The notes below the pieces were generated by a model. The model saw only the letters and a program-made list of their open reading frames with translations. It did not search any database and was not told the origin of the DNA. 64,000 bases of DNA from Rotaria socialis (lineage: Eukaryota), in contig CAJNYD010000407.1 in assembly GCA_905331295.1 (NCBI GenBank), positions 62,001 through 126,000 on the forward strand, in the 5' to 3' direction. Each line of letters opens with the position of its first letter. The first letter of the stretch is position 1. Shown one piece after another: positions 60,019 to 64,000 of this stretch. The position numbers and the translations under genes were made by a program.

Positions 60019-61983
60019 ATGTCGGCCGAACAACGTAGAGCTGAGCTCGAAGTTAAACGAGCTAAATTGGAAAAGATGCGACAAGAAAAATCACAAAAAC
60101 CAGGTGCAACAACGCCAATGACGCCAAATATATCTTCGATATCAATGGCTGGATTATCAGCACCGAGAGAAGATGCTGATCCTGATAAAATATTAAAAGA
60201 AGTAGGTATTCATCAAGCAGCATCATTACCGATGAGTTCACCGTCGGTATCACCAGCAACAGCATCCTCACAACAAAAACGTCGACCGCCAGCAAATATT
60301 GCATTACAAATATGTCAGCAACCAGCGGCAACAATAAGTGTACCACCAAAAGAATTAGTTACATATTCAAAAGAAGTTCAAACGATAGAATCTGGTGAAA
60401 AAGATCCAACAGCAAGTCCAATTCAACATGATCATTTACAGTGGGACGATGAATTTCAACCATCAACAACAGGCGAACATAATCGTCTTGTTTATGTTAG
60501 TGATGATGATACAATGAGTTTTGATGAGACTTCAAAAGCATCGATTGGTATGACATTACCACCAGCAATAGAATTAAAACGTGCACGTTCACTTAAACAA
60601 CAACATAAACAGCAAAGTTTACAAGGTCAAGCATCATTAACGAAACATGAATTAACAAATGATGAACGTGATCAAATATTAAAGAGTGATCCTTTTCAAG
60701 ATTTTTTTTCTCGTACATCACGTTTAATTGAGCGTTCATTGTGGGAAAGTCCAAAAGCATTCGATATATTTAAAGATTATAGTGGAAGAGATTTAGATGG
60801 ACAAAACGAAAAAATGGATGTTGGAGAAATCATTAAATTTGACCGAGAATTTTTCGATGAACGTTGGACACGTCATCGTATTGTGACATGTATTGATACA
60901 TCAACTTACCATCCTGAATTAGTTCTTGCGTCATATTCACAAAATGATGAATCATCACATGAGTCAGACGGTGTGGTACTTATTTGGAATTCAAAATATA
61001 AATCGAAACCAACACCTGAAGTAAGCATTATGTTATTTTAAAATACAATTCACAGGCGAAAACAGTAATAGAGGAGATTGTTGATTTTCCTTTTCGATAA
61101 GAATTCGATAAAAAAAAAGACTTTATACACTGCACGATAGAGTTTATTTTACAATGAAAAATAGAAAATCTAGCCATTTTAACAGATGTAACAGCTGTTA
61201 CAATCATCAATCAAGACAGCCTTTCTTTTATATCATATTTCAAAAAAAAGAACGATAACGAATTGTTGTTGATTTCTTAAGAATAAAAAACAAATGTCAA
61301 CGTACTCTGTCTATGATTCAAACGTAATACACGAAGTAGTTAGTGTTGCTAATGACAGGGATTGCGTTTTATTCTATTTATCTTTGAATACATTTATTTA
61401 CTTAAGCATCTTGGCATACAGTAACAAAATCATTCTTATTTTCGAACGAGATATCATTAGTGTATTATCAGTGATTATAGAAAAAAGCAAGGTATCTCAC
61501 AATCCACAGGAAGAGAGGTTCAGAAACTTCTCTCTATACTCACGCAGTTTTTTTAAATCATATTTCAGAATAAAATATAATTTCATTTCAACGAAGATTC
61601 AATAACAATAGAATAGCTACCAAAGCAATTCGATATAAAATATTTCAAAATGCAATGAGGTTAAACTCATTGATTTTTCATTTTTAATCAGATTTATTAA
61701 TCTTGTAGACGTTGCGAGAGAGTGTGCACATGTCACTGGTGTCAAATTAAAAGAAAGATGTGAGTCAAATTGACTATAAATGTTATGGATTAACAATTCA
61801 GAACTTTTCTCAGACTTGACATCCGTATATAAATATCTTGTGCGAAAAGCGTCAATTTCGAATCGAAATTTCAGAGGAAATCTTTTCTACACTCAATAAA
61901 TTTATGTTATACAAATTTATATTTAATATTGAAAAAACCTTATAAAACTTCCTGTTTATTACGATCTAATAAATAAAAATGTG

Positions 61984-62028
<45 letters not shown>

Positions 62029-63135
62029 GTTGTATCAAGGTCAACATACTTCCTATCTATTTTAATTCATCTTTAATTTTTAGTATGTATTCAATTGTCA
62101 ATCATGGGTTACATCATGTGCATTTAGTAAATTTCATCCAAATATTGTCTTAGGTGGTACATATAGTGGCCAAATTGTTGTTTGGGACACTCGGACAAAT
62201 AAACGAACACCTGTACAACGTACAGCCTTATCAGCTTCATCACATACTCACCCGGTCTATTGTTTGCAAGTTATTGGTACACAAAATGCAAATAATTTAA
62301 TTTCAATATCGAATGAAGGCAAAATGTGTTCATGGAATATTGAAATGATGACACAACCACAAGAGAGTATGGATTTAGCCTATCGAACAAAGCCTGTTGC
62401 AGCAACACGAATGGTTTTCCCGGGTGTTGAAGTAAATAATTTTATCATTGGAAGTGAAGAAGGACAAGCCTATTCAGGTTCAAGACATGGAAATAAAGCA
62501 GGAATTCAAGAAAGTTATGAAGGACATTTTGGTCCAATCACAGGTTTGTTTTACTTTCGATAGAAAGAAAAATAATTATAGTAAATATGAATGCATTACA
62601 TTTGTCTTTGTTTTTTTTTAATTATTATAAAGGTCTCAGTTGTCATAATGTCAATGGTTCAATAGATTTCTCACCGTTATTTTTAACTTCTTCATTTGAT
62701 TGGAGTGTCAAGTTGTGGTCATTGAAAGAATCTAAACCATTAAATTCATTTGAAGTTAATAGTGATTATGTTACCGATGTACGTTGGTCACCAGTACATC
62801 CAAGTGTATTTTTAACATGTGATATCACTGGTCGTTTTGATATATGGAATTTGAATCATGATTCAGAATTGCCATTGTTAAGTACAACACTTGATGGAAA
62901 TGTTGCTTTGAACAAATGTTTATGGGCTCATAATGGTCAACAAATTATATTAGGTGATGATCAAGGTAAATTACGTTTATATGGTGTTAATGAATTTTTA
63001 ACAAATCCAAAACAAGATGATTTTAATAAATTGAGCAATACATTACAAGACTTTAAACGAAATACACTAGATGCATTCGATGATAATCATCCTACAAATG
63101 CAGCAACAGCTACAGCAACGACAACAACGAGTTAA
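60019..63135 (+). CDS. DYNC1I: Cytoplasmic dynein 1 intermediate chain
   Basis: Exons 60019-61020, 62084-62543, 62633-63135. N-terminal [16 protein letters not shown] coil, TYSKEVQT light-chain site, WD40 repeats ([50 protein letters not shown]). Confidence 0.96.
61984..62028. repeat. (ATT)n microsatellite in dynein IC intron 1
   Basis: About 15 ATT units. Confidence 0.9.
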
Positions 63136-63259
63136 AAATCTGCTATTCATAGTTCATACATGAACAAAAAACAAAAAAATAATACATTTCGTTCAATTTC
63201 TTATCTTCTTTGTTAAATATGTATTCGCGATATATAATGGCAAACTTATATCTTTTATT

Positions 63260-64000
63260 TCAGTTTTTTTTCTTCATTAAAAAAACAGAGTTTAAAACTT
63301 TAAAATTTATTGCATTAAATCCATTTCCATAATAATGATTCCAATCAAAATCAGACGATTGCTTATTTTCAGCACTAAATGCATGTAACATATTTTCTTC
63401 GTCATGGTCAAATTCTAATTCTTCTTCTTCTTCTTCTAATTGATGTTTTGTTTTACAACGTGCACCTTGTCCATATAATTTTCCTGTTCGACGATTACGA
63501 AAAGTAGCAATCGTGCGAAATGTTAATGATATACGTTGACTAGAAAAAGCTAATTCATCCGTATCTTTATCCATATCTAATCGATTATCTTGTTTAATTG
63601 AATGAAACCATTCACGATTGGTTCTCCAACCTAATACAAATAATGAATTATGAGGTAATTTAAAACGTTGTTTTAAGCCACTTTGAGTTTTATGTTTGAG
63701 AATCATAGTTCGAGTGGCACCTAAACTATAATTAAGTATATTTGAATCAATTAATACATCTAATGTTTTATCAGAATGTTCACCAATAAAATCTTTTCCA
63801 TTGCGATAATATTGTACTAAAGCATGATTTAAGTTTTGCTCCATAATTTCTTCAATTCTTTGTTTTATAATTAACGCTGTTGGCGTCCACGGTACAAGTT
63901 CAGGTTGCTCATCGGCTGGATGACGATAAAGTGGTTCATATTCATCTTTATCTTCAATATGTAGGGCACCTTGAATAGAGATATCACGTGGCACACGTCC
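63260..64000 (-). CDS. AlkB-like 2OG-Fe(II) dioxygenase domain protein (5' end beyond window)
   Basis: Open from the window edge, no intron in 740 bp. LNHALVQYYRNGKDFIGEHSD (HxD), SLGATR, LPHNSLFVLG, WFHSI (distal His), RISLTFR (2OG-binding arginines). Confidence 0.9.
   Translation of the reverse strand, partial: GRVPRDISIQGALHIEDKDEYEPLYRHPADEQPELVPWTPTALIIKQRIEEIMEQNLNHALVQYYRNGKDFIGEHSDKTLDVLIDSNILNYSLGATRTMILKHKTQSGLKQRFKLPHNSLFVLGWRTNREWFHSIKQDNRLDMDKDTDELAFSSQRISLTFRTIATFRNRRTGKLYGQGARCKTKHQLEEEEEELEFDHDEENMLHAFSAENKQSSDFDWNHYYGNGFNAINFKVLNSVFLMKKKN

Overview
AT-rich eukaryotic (animal) genomic DNA with compact genes and many ~50-65 nt GT-AG introns. Composition, intron size and gene content suggest a bdelloid rotifer (inference, not proven). 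I can support 14 protein-coding genes, mostly reconstructed by hand across introns: a tandem cupredoxin-like repeat protein (partial), an unknown 3-exon gene, the homeobox gene Dbx, a tightly packed co-oriented block G6PD-MED19-V-ATPase A-BUD13, a PROSER3-like gene, a small secreted protein resembling a stand-alone domain 4 of bacterial cholesterol-dependent cytolysins, a G/Q/Y-rich putatively GPI-anchored protein, an unknown low-complexity protein, a secreted VWC-like/Ig/Pro-rich protein, an integrin alpha, cytoplasmic dynein intermediate chain and an AlkB-type 2OG-Fe(II) oxygenase (partial). An ~11 kb gene-poor stretch holds TA-flanked MITEs. Best leads: (1) the secreted cytolysin D4-only gene with a GC-AG intron, a likely domesticated horizontal transfer; (2) the candidate trans-spliced operon, with only ~120 bp between the MED19 stop and the V-ATPase A start; (3) two alternative GFFQR tail exons in the integrin; (4) the apparently copper-less multi-cupredoxin protein. 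All family calls come from recalled motifs; no database searches were run.
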